Assembly: GCA_026770705.1 (NCBI GenBank)
Contig: JANJGN010000024.1
Span: forward strand, 27,714,001 to 27,778,000
From: Isurus oxyrinchus
Lineage: Eukaryota
Direction of reading: 5' to 3'
Length of the DNA: 64,000 nucleotides
The position numbers and the translations under genes were made by a program. Below are positions 48,026 to 61,309 of this stretch, one piece after another; the first letter of the stretch is position 1, and each line of letters starts with the position of its first letter. The notes beneath the pieces are model-generated. The model did no database searches and was not told the DNA's origin. It saw nothing but the letters and a program-made list of their open reading frames with translations.

Positions 48026-48628
48026 ACATGAAGCTGCTCAAGAGCAGGTTAAGCAGTTGTGATTTTTTTTAAACTGGTCTTCCAGGTCTGGAGGTCAGAA
48101 AGGAAGATGTCAATAGCAGATTTCTGAAACGCCAATGTTGGAAATCTGCCATTTGGTAGAAATTTCTCATCTCTAAGTTTCATGAATAGTTCATTTAGTT
48201 TTTTGCAGCCCCTGGCAACCGCCTAGTTTGCCTCATGGTTGCACTGGCCCTGGCTGCAAAGGGTAAGATGCAGGGTCCACATCCTCCTACTCAATCTTCC
48301 TCTCAGCAGTTTGTCACAGATGCTTTGGACTTTACAATCTGTTCTTCATAGTGTTAAGGACAGGAGGGGGTTTAATTTAAACTGCCCTGATATCTCCTCT
48401 CATCACCCATCCGGTAACAGAAAGGTATTTTTATTTCTCCCTTTATAACCAGTGGTGTATTTCCCAGCACCTCAGTTTTGGTGTGATCCAATTTCTATTA
48501 ATAAGCCCACAGCAAACTCAAGATAGGGTGAACTCAGACAGCTCATTTATTCATGCACACTCAAAATGCAGGAGCGGGGTCAGAGAAAAAAAGATTTACA
48601 CAGCAAAGACCACAGAGCAAAGACTTAT

Positions 48629-49285
48629 TGGCCAACATTTACCTCCTGTCGGGGGGCGGGCGGGGGGAAGTGGGGGGGGGGGGTGTGTGTGTGTGGGGTG
48701 GGGGAATGCAGAGGGGGTGCAGACAGGCGGGACTTCGATTGGCTATGCGCTTCCTGTGCTGGTGGTGGTGGGGGGTGGGGGAAGAGTTCCCTCAGGTGGG
48801 AGTGCGCTTTCGAGCATGCGCATGACAGAGCACACAGATCGCCCGGAGGCAAGGTGCTGCCTCAGGGAAATCGGCTCTAATGCACAAGTTAAATTTCAGG
48901 TTCTGAAAAAATTTTCCCTGCCGTGTCCCCTCATGTGACACTGTCATATAACTTGAAACATTTGTTAAAATCTTAAAAACCCTCATGAAACCACAGCCCA
49001 CCCGTGGATGAGGTTTCATGCCTTTTCCAAGGCCTACCTGGGCTCCCAGCCTGTCCGCCAACCTTAAGGTTGATAGGGCATGTCTATCTATCAGGTTAAT
49101 TAGTTTCTTAATGGCCTTAATAGGCCGTTGACAGTTTGGCGGGCGTGCCTGCTTCGGCTGCCTGCCCGTCGAACTGAAAATCTAAATGATGCAGGGTGAC
49201 ATTGGGACACACGCCGACATATGCCCATGTCATTTTACGCATCGGTGAGTGGGCCCTGCCCCTGCTTGTTGACCAGAAAAACCTA
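48629..49285 (-). mobile_element. Hairpin-array Harbinger-like MITE copy
   Basis: Reverse homolog of 41832-42504 (CATGAAACC..GGTTTCATG, AACCTTAAGGTT). Confidence 0.8.
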
Positions 49286-52200
49286 TCAAAGTTCACTGGT
49301 GTATTCTTTCAGAAGTCAGCAGCTTGAAGACTGATGCTGGATAATTCATTTTTCCAGTAGAGGTGACTTCCACAATGGGATTGACACATAGAGATGAGTT
49401 AGTCATGTAGGTGCTGGTACAGAAGTTCTACTAGGTACAGTGTAGATAGGGGCCAGGCATTCACCTGAACCGAGCCCTTATTCTGAGCAGATGCTTGCTA
49501 GATGGAAGATGGCAGACTGAGTAGCAACACGGCAAGACAATGTTACAGGTTCCTCCAGCTAGTGGGTCATGTCACATGTCTCCCAACTGTCCATTTTGGC
49601 TTTGACAAAGGATGTATATTCCTTTGCCCGGATTCTGGAGATTATTAATGGTTCAGCCATTAACAATTTGCAAGGAAAACTGCAGCCTCCTTTGTTCTAG
49701 TAGACTGGTAGTCTCCATTGGCCAGGCCTGGCTTATGAAATGTAGATGGCCTTTGTATAATTCCCTTTGAATTTGGTCTCTGCAGTCCACAGAGCCATTA
49801 GCATCTCTTCAGAGATAACTAAGTGTCATGATATTGCCAGGGAGTTCCTTTTGTTCAAGGTTACAGGCAGACAAAGCTTCAGCCTTTTTGAAGTCTTTGT
49901 CCAGTTTTTTAAAAAAAAATGCCACCATGTTGATATATATATATATTCATAAAAATAATGTGAGTCTTTAGCTCCGTAACAATAGGTTGACATTATAATT
50001 GTTGATGCAGTTTTACTTGGTGTCAATGTTTATTGCTGCATAATAAAATCACACTTCTTCCTTTTTCAAAGTTGTTTACTTCTCTTCAATGAATTTACAT
50101 CTGAGGTATTGTAAGAACTTTTTTTCATGATTTATAAAACTAGAAACTAATTTTTAATTGACTACCTGAATCCAGTGTTGACACCGCTGCTGTTTTAGTC
50201 TTCGGCCATCATCCTTTTTATCTCTAATGTTTTGCCCTACCAAAGCTGCTAACCACACCTTTTTTATCTGCTGGTTTAAGACAGTTCAATTTTCAGTAGC
50301 ATCTCTTGTTGAATTGTCTTGAGCAGACTTTCATGTTCTCTTATCTCACGTGCTTTTACACCTTGGGAAGCTCTAAGCCAGTGTTTTCTGCCCACACAGC
50401 AAACCCTAGCCACTGATTCTATCCTCTGGCCTGGCCAAAGTTGAGAGAATTAGATAAAGAAAATTCCTGAGGACAATTTACAGACTGTCATGCTGAGGGT
50501 CCACAGGTTGAATAGTCACTTTGTTAGTCATCCACGGCATTAGTAGTAAGATCTATAAATCGAGACCAGGCTGGGCCACCATGGTTCTTCAGTCTAAGTG
50601 GATGTGACACGATCAATGCCATAGATCCAGCAAACTGGTGAGCCCTATTAACTGTAATGGTGAACTAAGTAACATGAGCAAACTTCTGTCAATTTTGGTG
50701 AGAATATTGGTGGGGTATCAAAAATGTCCTAACAAATTATGGCACAGTGTAAATAATGCCATAACTCACTGAGTCATTTCATGGAACGTGTGTGTATTAA
50801 CAATGGGACGTACAATTAGCACATCATTGCTAGGGTGCAAGTTTCCAACAAATTCAGGACCATTACCAGTTAAAGGAATATGAATAGCAGTGAATTAAGA
50901 CACTGTTCCTTTACACCTATGAGATGGGCTTCAATCTGTTGTAGACTGATGGGATGAAACCAGCTATATGGGGCCCAAGTGAAATGAGTTTTGGCATTTT
51001 GGTCCAGGTCTTCTTGGCCACTCAGTACAACTTCACTGAAAATCTTGGTGTAATAATGCTATCAACTGGAAATCTTGTTCAGAGAACTCATTATTATCAC
51101 TTGGTGAAAAATGAAACATCATTCTCATGTTCTTTTGGAGGAGCTATTAGGTCACATTATTGGAAAGGAGTAGGAAGAGTTTTATTCTGCATCTATCCTT
51201 TACCTAGCTGAGAGACCTTGAATACACAAAATGTTCCATTTCACAGCAGCGGGAACATAATAAGCCCAATTTTTTCTTAAAAGTGCTCTAGATAACCTGT
51301 CCCTTTTGCTACCTGGCAGCCATTATTAAAATCTTTTTAGTATAGTGTTGAGAGGAGGAAAAGTGAGAAGAAATATTGCTGTCACAATAAATCCTTTGTA
51401 CAATTTTATCACTTGCAAAGCTTCAATGACACCAACAAGAGCTCGGAGGGTGTAATTATTATCACATTAAGGTGGCACGGTGGGGATTAAATTGATGCAG
51501 TTAAGCACTGTGGGCATGAAATGGAAGGACATGCTCCCTGCAATTTCCCACATGCATTTCCACTCAGAGCTAAATGTACAGTTGAAAAGGGATGCTAGAG
51601 CAGAGAGGGAGAAATTGTACTATAAAAGGAGGAAAGGAACTTTGAAGGTGAATCACCCGTCTTGTATTGTTGACCTCCAGGAAGCTACTTTAGAAGCCAT
51701 TTGCTTGCTCTTTAGGCTAAAAAATGAGAATGGTGAGTGTTGTGAATGGAGCAAAATGTTGAGGAAAGAAGAAAAAAACCAAAAAACATTAACATGGGGG
51801 AAGTTAAATCATTATCTTGTGACAGATTCGGTACTAATTATGCAAATTTGGCTAATTACCAAATCAGATTTCCATTACAACTCAAAAACTCAAGTTCTAT
51901 CTCTACAAGAGTTTGGAATATAATTATTACTCTAGGTTGGATAACATTTTAGGGAATTATGCCAATTAAATATAATTTGCATATGCAAACCAGAATAACT
52001 GATACTCAAAATCTATAACAATTCTCAAAGGTAAATTGTATAAGAAAGGTAATTTCCCTATGACTGGAGAGTGATACATTATAAATTGTTGGAAAAAAAT
52101 CTGCTTTTACTCATCTACAAAACCTGTCTTATTATAAATACTCTTGAATATACCATTCACATCAGTTTTTCAACCAAGAATCTCTTTAATTCCAAAGCGT

Positions 52201-52925
52201 TATGTGACATGGCTATTTTGTGAACTACAATGTGATTTTGTGCCGCTTTTTTCTACCCTTAAAAGTTTACATTTTTAACAGCCTTAGTTTTTAATAAATT
52301 TTGAAAGTTCAAGAAGAAACCAGACAATGGTCTAGAATTTCAGGTTTGCCCATTTTGGGGCCTCAGGGTACATGCCCTGAGCATGACCATTAAAGCATTT
52401 ATTTTTCCTTTCCTAATATTGGGGTGGTGGGGACAGGGAATGGTGGTGGTGGTGGTAGCACACTTCTGGTCAGGAATATTTGTATTATACGCTTCCACCC
52501 ATGATATTGGGAGCTTCATATGTTGATTGGCAACAAAAATATAAGTGCTGTATGGCAACTGGTAAGTTAAATCAGTCCACTGGATTTCAACCGATCAATG
52601 GCTCTTTCTACCATCGAACATTACTCCTAACTATTATTACAGATCATTGATCAAGGGGTTTCTTAGCCCCTCTATATAATAATCTTGATCATTGCCACCA
52701 TCACAGCTAACAAGCTAATACCCAAAACTTAATGCAGAAAATAACGCAATAAAAGAACAGTGATGCTTTAGCTGTATTTAGTGCATTAGAACTTGCACAT
52801 GGGTATGTGATGAAACTACTTCAGCTTAATGAAGTGGTTTGTAAGTTTTAATGTTAAACGCCTGGGAGTGTTATATATGAAGCCATGCTAACACTAATTT
52901 TTAAAGCCAATGTAAAAAAACCATT

Positions 52926-53031
52926 GGCCAGAATTTTACACCAGTGGGGTTTTACAGTCCCGCCGAAGTCAATGGGGTTTATAATGGCTCGGCGCATTTT
53001 ACAGCCCCGTCCCTATCATAAAATTCCGGCC
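52926..53031. mobile_element. Tiny (~106 bp) Harbinger-like MITE
   Basis: TIR GGCCAGAATTTTA / TAAAATTCCGGCC (12/13); flanks ATT / ATA. Confidence 0.65.
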
Positions 53032-53265
53032 ATATATAACTTACACAAAAATACGAAGATCCAGCTCTTTGCTCCTGCAACAATGTGCCTGTCTTGACAA
53101 TAACATCACCTAAACTCACTAATCATGAGTATTGATCCAACAAATAGAACTGACTGAATTCTGTCATTGAATACTACAACTGCAAATATCATTATATCAG
53201 GATATGTGTTCTTCTTATGATATGGTAAATAAATATGAATAAATATATCTATATTATAAAATACG

Positions 53266-53468
53266 TTGAGTCAGAAGGTTCTGAGTTCAGGTCCCTTCCC
53301 GAAGACAAGTACACAACCTATATGTGTGACTTCGACAGGTTGAAGTTATCCGAGGCTGATACTTTCAGATGAGGCCCATCAAACCATGCAGGTGGGCATA
53401 GAGAAACTATTTTAAAAGCAGGGCAGTTCTTGGAGTATCCTGGCCATCATCCATCCTTCAACCAATTA
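53266..53468 (+). mobile_element. Old Deu-domain SINE fragment
   Basis: GAGTCAGAAGGTTCTGAGTTCAGGTCCC head; TTTCAGATGAG..CAGGTGG..TCCTGGCCA core. Confidence 0.55.
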
Positions 53469-54185
53469 TTAGAATAGTTAGGGACATAGGAATTGTTAGA
53501 TGAGAAAAGAACAAGGCCTATCCAATTCACCTTCTATCATTCTGGTAGTCACATGATAAAATGATAATAGAAATATTGACAAATCTGGCAAGATTTTGCT
53601 GACCTGGAGGAGGTCCTGTCATTCAGGGTGCTTTCTGGGTGGCTGGCTCGCTTGAGGAGTGACGTGGTGCTGCCCCACAATATTGCCAAGAGGCAATTAA
53701 GAGCTGCAGGAGGGGCAGACGGCTAATTCAGCCTGGTGGGCAGGCCTTAGATGCTGCTGGCCCATCAGAGGGCCAGTAGCTCTAAACCTCGGCTGCACGG
53801 TCCCCTCAGAAGGATTAAATAAATTTTAAGGTGGGCCAATCAGGTAAGGCCTGGAGAACAGAGGGGAACTTTCCCAGCTGCAATGTTGGGGCCACAAAGG
53901 CATCATTCATTGCATGCAGCCCACTCCCTGAAACATGGAGACTCCGGCTCTGATCGTCACCCATGCCCCCCACCAAGAAGCTGCTGGGAGGCTGTCCCCA
54001 TGCAGCTGGTGGCTCCCCCATATGGCAGGACATTGCTCTGCCACTGGCAAAAAGAGAGCCGCCCAGAAAATGGACTATTAATCACTCAAATTGGCTGCTT
54101 GCTTCTGAAATGCTGCAGTTCCTGCCACTGGATAACAGCTCCATGGCATTTTACCAGTCTCCCTCACCTCCAGTACATTAAACAA

Positions 54186-54258
54186 TAACTCTGTTTCTCT
54201 CTCGACAGACTCTGCTTGACCTGCTGAGTACTTCCAGCATTTTCTGTTTTTATTTCAG
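54186..54258 (+). mobile_element. Old Penelope-like tail fragment
   Basis: TAACTCTGTTTCTCTC..GACCTGCTGAGTACTTCCAGCATTTTCTGTTTTTATTTCAG, similar to 17298-17365 reversed. Confidence 0.65.
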
Positions 54259-54744
54259 GAATTCATGATTTTACTGATTAGAGACACTAAAGTCCTTGTG
54301 GGAAAAGCACTTCACTCTGAAGTTCTACTTCAAGGTTTTCAAATGATTAACAGGTTCTCAAACAGCCCAGTGGGTATGTGCTGCTTCGAGTGTGATACCG
54401 AGCCACGCAGCTAAGAAAGTTCCAAGATTCAATGCTTGGTGTATACGCTGTTTGTCAGTCTCAGCCAAGTCAGCGGAGTGCCAGCAGGCTTCTGTGTCAT
54501 CAGCTATTAAGAGTTCTTCCACTTCTGAACATGATCCATGAATGGATAACATCTGGCTGCAATTATACATTCAACCCACTAACATTTCAGCAGCTCAATA
54601 ATGCAAACTGCAGGGTTTCACATCTCAAAATTAGCTACTTAGTGAGGTACCAGGAGGCTACCAATGGAATCATATCCTGGCAAGAGACTGTGCTTAAAAG
54701 TGGGGAGCAGTGCAACTTTGAAATGGGCAAGCAGATACAGTTAG

Positions 54745-56070
54745 GATGGTCTGAGGGCCCTTAGCTTCTTCCTCAAACAGAGGCCCGAACAATCCCCATC
54801 CACCACTACTCTCCTCCGTCTGGCTGAACTTGTTCTCACGTTGAACAATTTCTCCTTCAACTCCTCTCACTTTCTCCAAATAAAAGGTGTGGCTATGGGT
54901 ACCCGCATGGGCCCCAGCTATGCCTGTCTCTTTATGGGATATGTGGAACATTCCTTGTTGCAGTCCTACCCCGGCCCCCTTCCACAACTTTTTCTCCGGT
55001 ACATCGATGATTACTTCGGTGCCGCTTCATGCTCTCGTCGGGACTTGGAAAAATTTATTAATTTTGCTTCCAATCTCCACCCCTCCATCATTTTCACGTG
55101 ATCCATCTCTGACACTTCCCTTCCCTTCCTTGACCTCTCTGTCTCAATCTCTGGTGATAGACTGTCCACTAATATCCATTACAAACCCACCGACTCCCAC
55201 AGCTACCTCGACTACAGCTCCTCACACCCCGCTTCCTGTAAGGACTCCATCCCATTCTCCCAGTTCCTTCGCCTTCGTCGCATCTGTTCCGATGATGCTA
55301 CCTTCAAAAACGGTTCCTCTGACATGTCCTCCTTCTTCCTTAACCGAGGTTTTCCACCCACGGTCGTTGACAGGGCCCTCAACCGTGTCCGGCCCATCTC
55401 CCGCGCATCCGCCCTCACGCCTTCTCCTCCCTCCCAGAAACATGATAGGGTCCCCCTTGTCCTCACTTATCACCCCACCAGCCTCCGCATTCAAAGGATC
55501 ATCCTCCGCCATTTCCGCCAACTCCAGCATGATGCCACCACCAAACACATCTTCCCTTCACCCCCCTTATCGGCATTCCGTAGGGATCGCTCCCTCCGGG
55601 ACACCCTGGTCCACTCCTCCATCACCCCCTACTCCTCAACCCCCTCCTATGGCACCACCCCATGCCCACGCAAAAGATGTAACACCTGCCCCTTCACTTC
55701 CTCTCTCCTCACCGTCCAAGGGCCCAAACACTCCTTTCAAGTGAAGCAGCATTTCACTTGCATTTCCCCCAACTTAGTCTACTGCATTCGTTGCTCCCAA
55801 TGTGGTCTCCTCTACATTGGAGAGACCAAACGTAAACTGGGCGACCGCTTTGCAGAACACCTGCGGTCTGTCCGCAAGAATGACCCAAACCTCCCTGTCG
55901 CTTGCCATTTTAACACTCCACCCTGCTCTCTTGCCCACATGTCTGTCCTTGGCTTGCTGCATTGTTCCAGTGAAGCCCAACGCAAACTGGAGGAACAACA
56001 CCTCATCTTCCGACTAGGCACCTTACAGCCTTCCGGTCTGAATATTGAATTCAATAACTTTAGGTCGTGA
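54745..56070 (+). pseudogene. PLE ORF: RT (partial), thumb, Cys-rich linker and GIY-YIG endonuclease, with a single in-frame TGA at 55099-55101
   Basis: QIKGVAMGTRMGPSYACLFM, FLRYIDD, PFLD, YKPTD, CPRKRCNTC, LVYCIRCSQCGLLYIGETKRKLGDRFAEH..HF..GLN; ORFs 54841-55101 and 55324-56070 are in the same frame. Confidence 0.93.
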
Positions 56071-56465
56071 GCTCCCTCCCCCATCCCCACCCCCTTTCTG
56101 TTTCCCCCCCTTTTTTTCCCCCTTTTTTTTCCCTATAAATTTTACAGATTTTTCTTTTCCCACTTATTTTTAAATATTTTAAAATCTTTTATGCTCCCCC
56201 CACCCCCACTAGAGCTGTACCTTGAGTGCCCTACCATCCATTCTTAATTAGCACATTCGTTTAGATAATATCACCAACTTTAACTTTAACACCTATGTGT
56301 TCTTTTGTCCCATTGTCACTGACATCTTTTGATGATCTGCTTCTATCACTGCTTGTTTGTCTACACAAGCACCTCTGTCTCTCTCTCTCTCTCCGCGCCC
56401 CCCCCCCCCCCCCCCACACACCTTAAACCAACTTATATTTCAAATCTTTCCTGGACTCGAAATCA

Positions 56466-56504
56466 AGTTCTGTCGAAGGGTCATGAAGACTCGAAACGTC
56501 AACT
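56466..56504 (+). ncRNA. Minimal type I hammerhead ribozyme motif in the PLE pseudo-LTR
   Basis: Stem I AGTT/AACT, core CTGTCGA, stem II GGGTC/GACTC, GAAAC-GTC; predicted cleavage after 56500. Confidence 0.65.
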
Positions 56505-56789
56505 CTTTTCTTCTCCGCCGATGCTGCCAGACCTGCTGAGTTTTTCCAGGTAATTCTGTTTTTGTTAAGCAGATACAGTTTTTGGTTAAGAGCCAATTTA
56601 GGGATTATTATTTAATATGCCAGTGCCTGGTAATAGCTTTGTCGATTATTAAATTCACTAAAAAACACAAAGTATTGATATGTTAGTTTTTAAAGATAAT
56701 GCTACTTATTTCTACACTATATTACTTATGGATTTTATTTTTAGTTATATTTTTACATTCAAATGTGTTTGTTGCAAATTTGAGAGTTT

Positions 56790-57586
56790 ATAAGATGGTT
56801 ATGTTTTAAACCGCCTCTTAGTTTAAGGTAAAAAATGCCCTGGAATGGGAGATGATGTGAAGCTGTACTGAACTCTGCCCAGTCACAGGTGGTCTGGTTG
56901 CCATGGGGACAGGGACTCAGGTCACAACCTACTGAGTAAGGTGCAAGCTTTAACACCAGGGCACAAAGGAAGAAACAGCTGGCCTTACTGTGTACAGACT
57001 GGCAGATTCAGGATCAGTCGGAGGGAAAGATTTGGGGTTAGAAGATCCACAACAAATGCTGCTATGCTAAACAGAATAAAAGAGCTGCTTTTGGAGTAAC
57101 CACCAAGTGGAGGGCTGGTAAGGACAGAAGCCATGTTCAAAGAAACATGGATTATGAAGAGTTAGAGACCACAGAATCACCAAAGGGAATCTTGCAATGG
57201 GACATCCATTCAATTATGCTCAAAAGATTAAGTGAAGGGGACTTTGTTTAAAATGACACTAGAAGATTCACATTGGTAAAGCAGGGCGAAGCGATCCTGT
57301 TCACAACAGGAGGATCTGTGGAATTTAACTTGTGGCTACATGTCTACAGAAAGTGAAGTATAATGGACAAATCCGGTTTGGGCTGAATTAAGAAGTTGAA
57401 GGGGGGATACCTTTTCTGTAGTTTGGTGTATTAGCTGCTTGCTAAGTAATGTTTTGTCAGTGTTGATTTTAGTTGGTTTGTTACAGTGAAAGTTTTAAAA
57501 CATGAAATCTTGTGCAATTCTTTGCATGTGTCACTGGGAAATTCATAGCTTTTGGAAAGTTATTGGCCTCTAGGGGAATTGTAAGA
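56790..57586 (+). mobile_element. Decayed solo LTR-like element
   Basis: 3' block shared with 18050-18138; GTTGCCATGGGGAC motif at a position similar to GTTGCTATGGGGAT in the other copy; termini uncertain. Confidence 0.35.
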
Positions 57587-58660
57587 ATTTTAGCAGAGGA
57601 GTGTATGAGAGCAGATATAATTGTGGAACTCTACTCATAGCACAGGTGGTTAAGTTAAGCATTAGGACATGATACAATAGACATCAGGCTATTGAGAGGT
57701 ATTGAATATTATAGGCATGTGAGCATTTGTACACATCATGACTTACAAGCTCAAATTTTCTAATATTATTACTAAGTACGGAAAGAGTAATTGCAGGACT
57801 TGGAAAGATGTTTCTCGAAATGTGTTTGTATCAGCTCCACACAAATTATGGAGAATCCACTGGTTATGTAAAGCAGCTAGGCTCATGAATGAAACACTAA
57901 ATCAAACTAATGAATATTCTAGCAAGACATCATCTATTTAGAACAAAATCAATAAATTCAGCCTACATTCACCTCAGTGATTTCAAAAGGTTATAAAATC
58001 AGCAGTGATATAATGGAGGTTGTGATTTCAATTGTGACTTCAACATCCCAACTGTCTTTGAATCTTATATAGCAGGAAAGTATAGTCCCTCTGTACTCAA
58101 GTCGCCATATGCCAAAAAATGCACTAATTGCCACTAAATTACTAATATCACTTACAGAGATCATGGCTGACTTATGAAATTGAAATTTGTTACATTATGG
58201 AAGAAGCAGGTATTCTTTAAAGGTTGGATATGAGATATATTTGCGGTAGCCCTGCTCTACATTTACCGTGCTATGCCTGATCTGAGAAAGCATGATGTTG
58301 TCACTGGATACATATGATGGGACGTTGTTCTACTTCCCAGAACCAACATCTCTCACTTTGAAAAGTACAAAATTCACAAGGGATAAAACATATTTAAAAA
58401 TACCTCAACTGTGCTACTTTTCATGGACATCAACAGTGCTAGGCCTCGTCTCATCGAATTCAAACTAAGAGTCATAATGCCAGGGGACCAGGCCATTCAG
58501 CCCATGGAGTCTATGTCAGCTCTCTATTGCACCGCTCTATCCCTGCATCCCTGGGGCAATAATGATTCAGATTTTGATGTAAATAGTGAGGGAATGGCTT
58601 TCACCATTCACCTCATGTACTATTGCCCCACAGACATTTAACAGGATTGCCAGCAAAACA

Positions 58661-58992
58661 GAAACATAGGACTTAGGAACAGGAGTAGGCCATTCAGCCC
58701 TTCAAACCTACTCCATCATTCAATAAGGTTATGGGCGATCTGGTTGTGTCTTAACTCCACTCTGCCGCCTACCCCCATTACCATAACCCTCGACTCCCTT
58801 GTCTATCAAAAATCTGTCTAACTCCGCCTTAAATAAATTCAATGACCCAGTCTCCACCACTTTCTGGGGAACAGAATTCCACATTCTAATGACCCTTTGA
58901 GAGAAAAAAAATCTCCTCATCTCTGTCTTAAATGGGAGAGCTTTTATTCTGAAACTGTGTCCCCTGGTTCTGGTCTCTCCCACAAGTGGAAA
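58661..58992 (-). mobile_element. CR1 3' end
   Basis: FPLVGETRTRGHSFRIK..FKTEMRRFFFSQRVIRMWNSVPQKVVE..FKAELDRFL; GGCTGAATGGCCTACTCC tail. Confidence 0.9.
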
Positions 58993-61309
58993 TTTCGAGT
59001 ACTTTGGCACCAGTTTGAATTTGGCATTCTCAAAAGGTAACCTGTGATGGCTGTGAACAGAGAAGCTTTTCAAGCAGATTGTGTGCCTCAGTGATGATGC
59101 TTCAGACAGCAAGCAGGAAACATAAATTACATTTAAATTATCGGAAAGGAAGCAACATAAAAATTGGGACATTCATATGGTATTAAAGTGCATACACAAA
59201 AGTGAAAAACTAGAAAACTTAAAACAATATAATTTTTCTTGTTAAAATCTGCAATATTATTTTTCTTCTGAGGGAATGAGACTCTACACTTGGCAAATTA
59301 TCTTTGCAGGGCCAGAGAGTAATTAACATTTACCACCCTGTTATAATTCAGTTATCCTTATTGAATGAGGCTTAGCTTGTTCAGCCATTTTTGAAATGGG
59401 ATTAGCTTAATTCACATAAATTTACACCATGACAATGAGATCTGTACAGATTCCATCAGCAAAGACTGTAGTGGACAGGCTATGGGGGAGCAAGGAATCT
59501 CTGACTTCCACGTTTCCAGGTTTAACTGTGCACGTGTGGATACCAGAAGTTGCTATTAGTTTTACCCAGTAATAGCCTCAACATGATTTGTACAGCAAAA
59601 TACAGGCCAATAAACCATTTACTGCCACAGAATGTATGAAATGCACTTTCAGAATTTATTACCATTTTTAAATGATTAATTTAGGTAAAACATTTAGTCA
59701 GAAGGAAATTTAGTACAAAATTAGAGCTCAAGAAATACTATGTAAAAAATGGAACCACAAAGATAGTTACAAATGGATGAGATAATTTGCTGTCTCTGCA
59801 ACCCAACCCAGAAGCCAATTCCAGGTATTGATTACTCTTTACGTGAAAAATGTTTCTGGTTATCAGTCCTGAACTAAACTTCTCCCAATTTAAATCTATT
59901 GCTTTTTGTTGTCCAGTCATATTTTAACCTGAATAATGCTCAGGATTAACCTGCTCCATTCAACTTTGTATATTACATAACTGCATAAGGCTCTGCCTTA
60001 TTCATCTAATTTCGAGGCAAAATAATGTATATTTTTATAGATTTCATAATAATTTAGTCCCCTGACTTTAGGGGTGAGTTTTAGTTTTTTGACCCCCTCC
60101 ACCCCCGGAGTGGGAGGGCCTGTCTATTGCCTTGAGAAACCGAGGAGTGGGGAATTTTCCACACGCTGTGGAGTTCTAGCTGCACAGTGTGTGGGTATGT
60201 GACATCACTGACAGGGTTCCCACTCAGAATTCAGCCTGGCTGACAGATTTTGTTCTCAGTCGAGTTGGAAAAAGCCAAAGCAAAAACTCCAGAGCCAGAC
60301 AGTTGAGGGGGGGTCGGGGTTGGGATGGCGGTGCGTTATTCTGGGGCTGGTGGTATAGCGGTGTCCAATCCGGAGGGCAAGGGCCTCAGTGGCCTCAGCG
60401 ACAGCTGGTCTTGGGAGGGGCGGGTTCAGAGAGAGATGGGAGGCCGTGCGGGGGAGATCGGAAGGGTCTGGGAGATGTCTAATCATAGGGTGTTAGCGAG
60501 GCAGGAACTCTGGATCCAGCAGTAGGTGGAAAGTCGTTGCCTTCCTTTAGTCATTGGGCTTCCTGAGGCCCGGAGAACCTGTCTAGCCAGAGTCAAATTT
60601 GAAATGGTGGATGAATGAGGCATGTAGTCTGATTATAATAATTAAATTGACACCTGCCTTCTGGGAGTGGTTGCATGCCCCCGAGTTTCTAAAATGGAAA
60701 TGGGTGAGTTCAGGTCAGAATCCTGATTTTTAATACATTAACATCCCATCTGACCCAATCTCATCATTTCTTTGGGTTTATATTCTCCTCTAAGCATTAG
60801 ATTTGTAGCCTCTCTCAGCAGAGTTTAGGCTTGAATGTTTACATTAAACTTTGACACTCAGAATGTTTGGCCCGAGCAGGAAAGTATACAGATTCAGCAT
60901 CTTCACCTCAAATTCATAACTTGTAAAGCAAGATTTAAAATAGAGAAACTAGGTATTCACACTGGAGTTTATCACACCATTCTTATAGCTTCAACAATTA
61001 ACTATAGCTATTGCAAACTACAAGCGATTTAATCACCCAAAATCCATTAGATTACAGCCTACATTATGCATCCAAAAAACATTCATTATCTTGTATACAA
61101 ATATATTTAGCAGATAGGAGAGACGCAAATGCTTTTGTGTAGCAATGTAAGTAAATGGATTCAAAAAGAATGCTTTTTAACATTTGCAACACATAAGGAC
61201 AAGAGCAGTGTTTGGATCCTTGTTCTTTACTTCTCCGATAGCTTGCTTAAAAAAGTTCAATGTAGTCAATAACAGCTGATTTGATCTATCCATATATGGT
61301 AGATACATC

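Larger units (their letters stand above)
54743..56566 (+). mobile_element. Young 5'-truncated Penelope-like retroelement (Neptune-like)
   Basis: RT plus GIY-YIG reading frame, pseudo-LTR with hammerhead motif, exact 14-bp TSD AAGCAGATACAGTT (54729-54742, 56567-56580). Confidence 0.93.

Noticed and set aside
48483-48938. Cluster of Gly-rich ORFs
   Set aside because: They arise from the GC-rich MITE copy at 48629-49285.
49700-50120. Possible L1/Tx1 endonuclease N-terminus on the minus strand (KRKKCDFIMQQ)
   Set aside because: Only a few residues match and the downstream APE motifs are not recoverable.
51480-51923. 147-aa ORF
   Set aside because: GTG start, no recognisable motif, and it runs through AT-rich motif-dense DNA; probably chance.
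53587-54075. GC-richer MITE-like blocks here and at ~9850-10410, ~16410-16665, ~46500-46900 and ~60070-60790
   Set aside because: Probably old non-autonomous DNA transposons, but the TIRs and TSDs are too eroded to define.
54887-55744. 285-aa Pro/Ser/Thr-rich ORF (longest in the window)
   Set aside because: It is an alternative frame of the C-rich PLE RT sequence with no independent domain signal.
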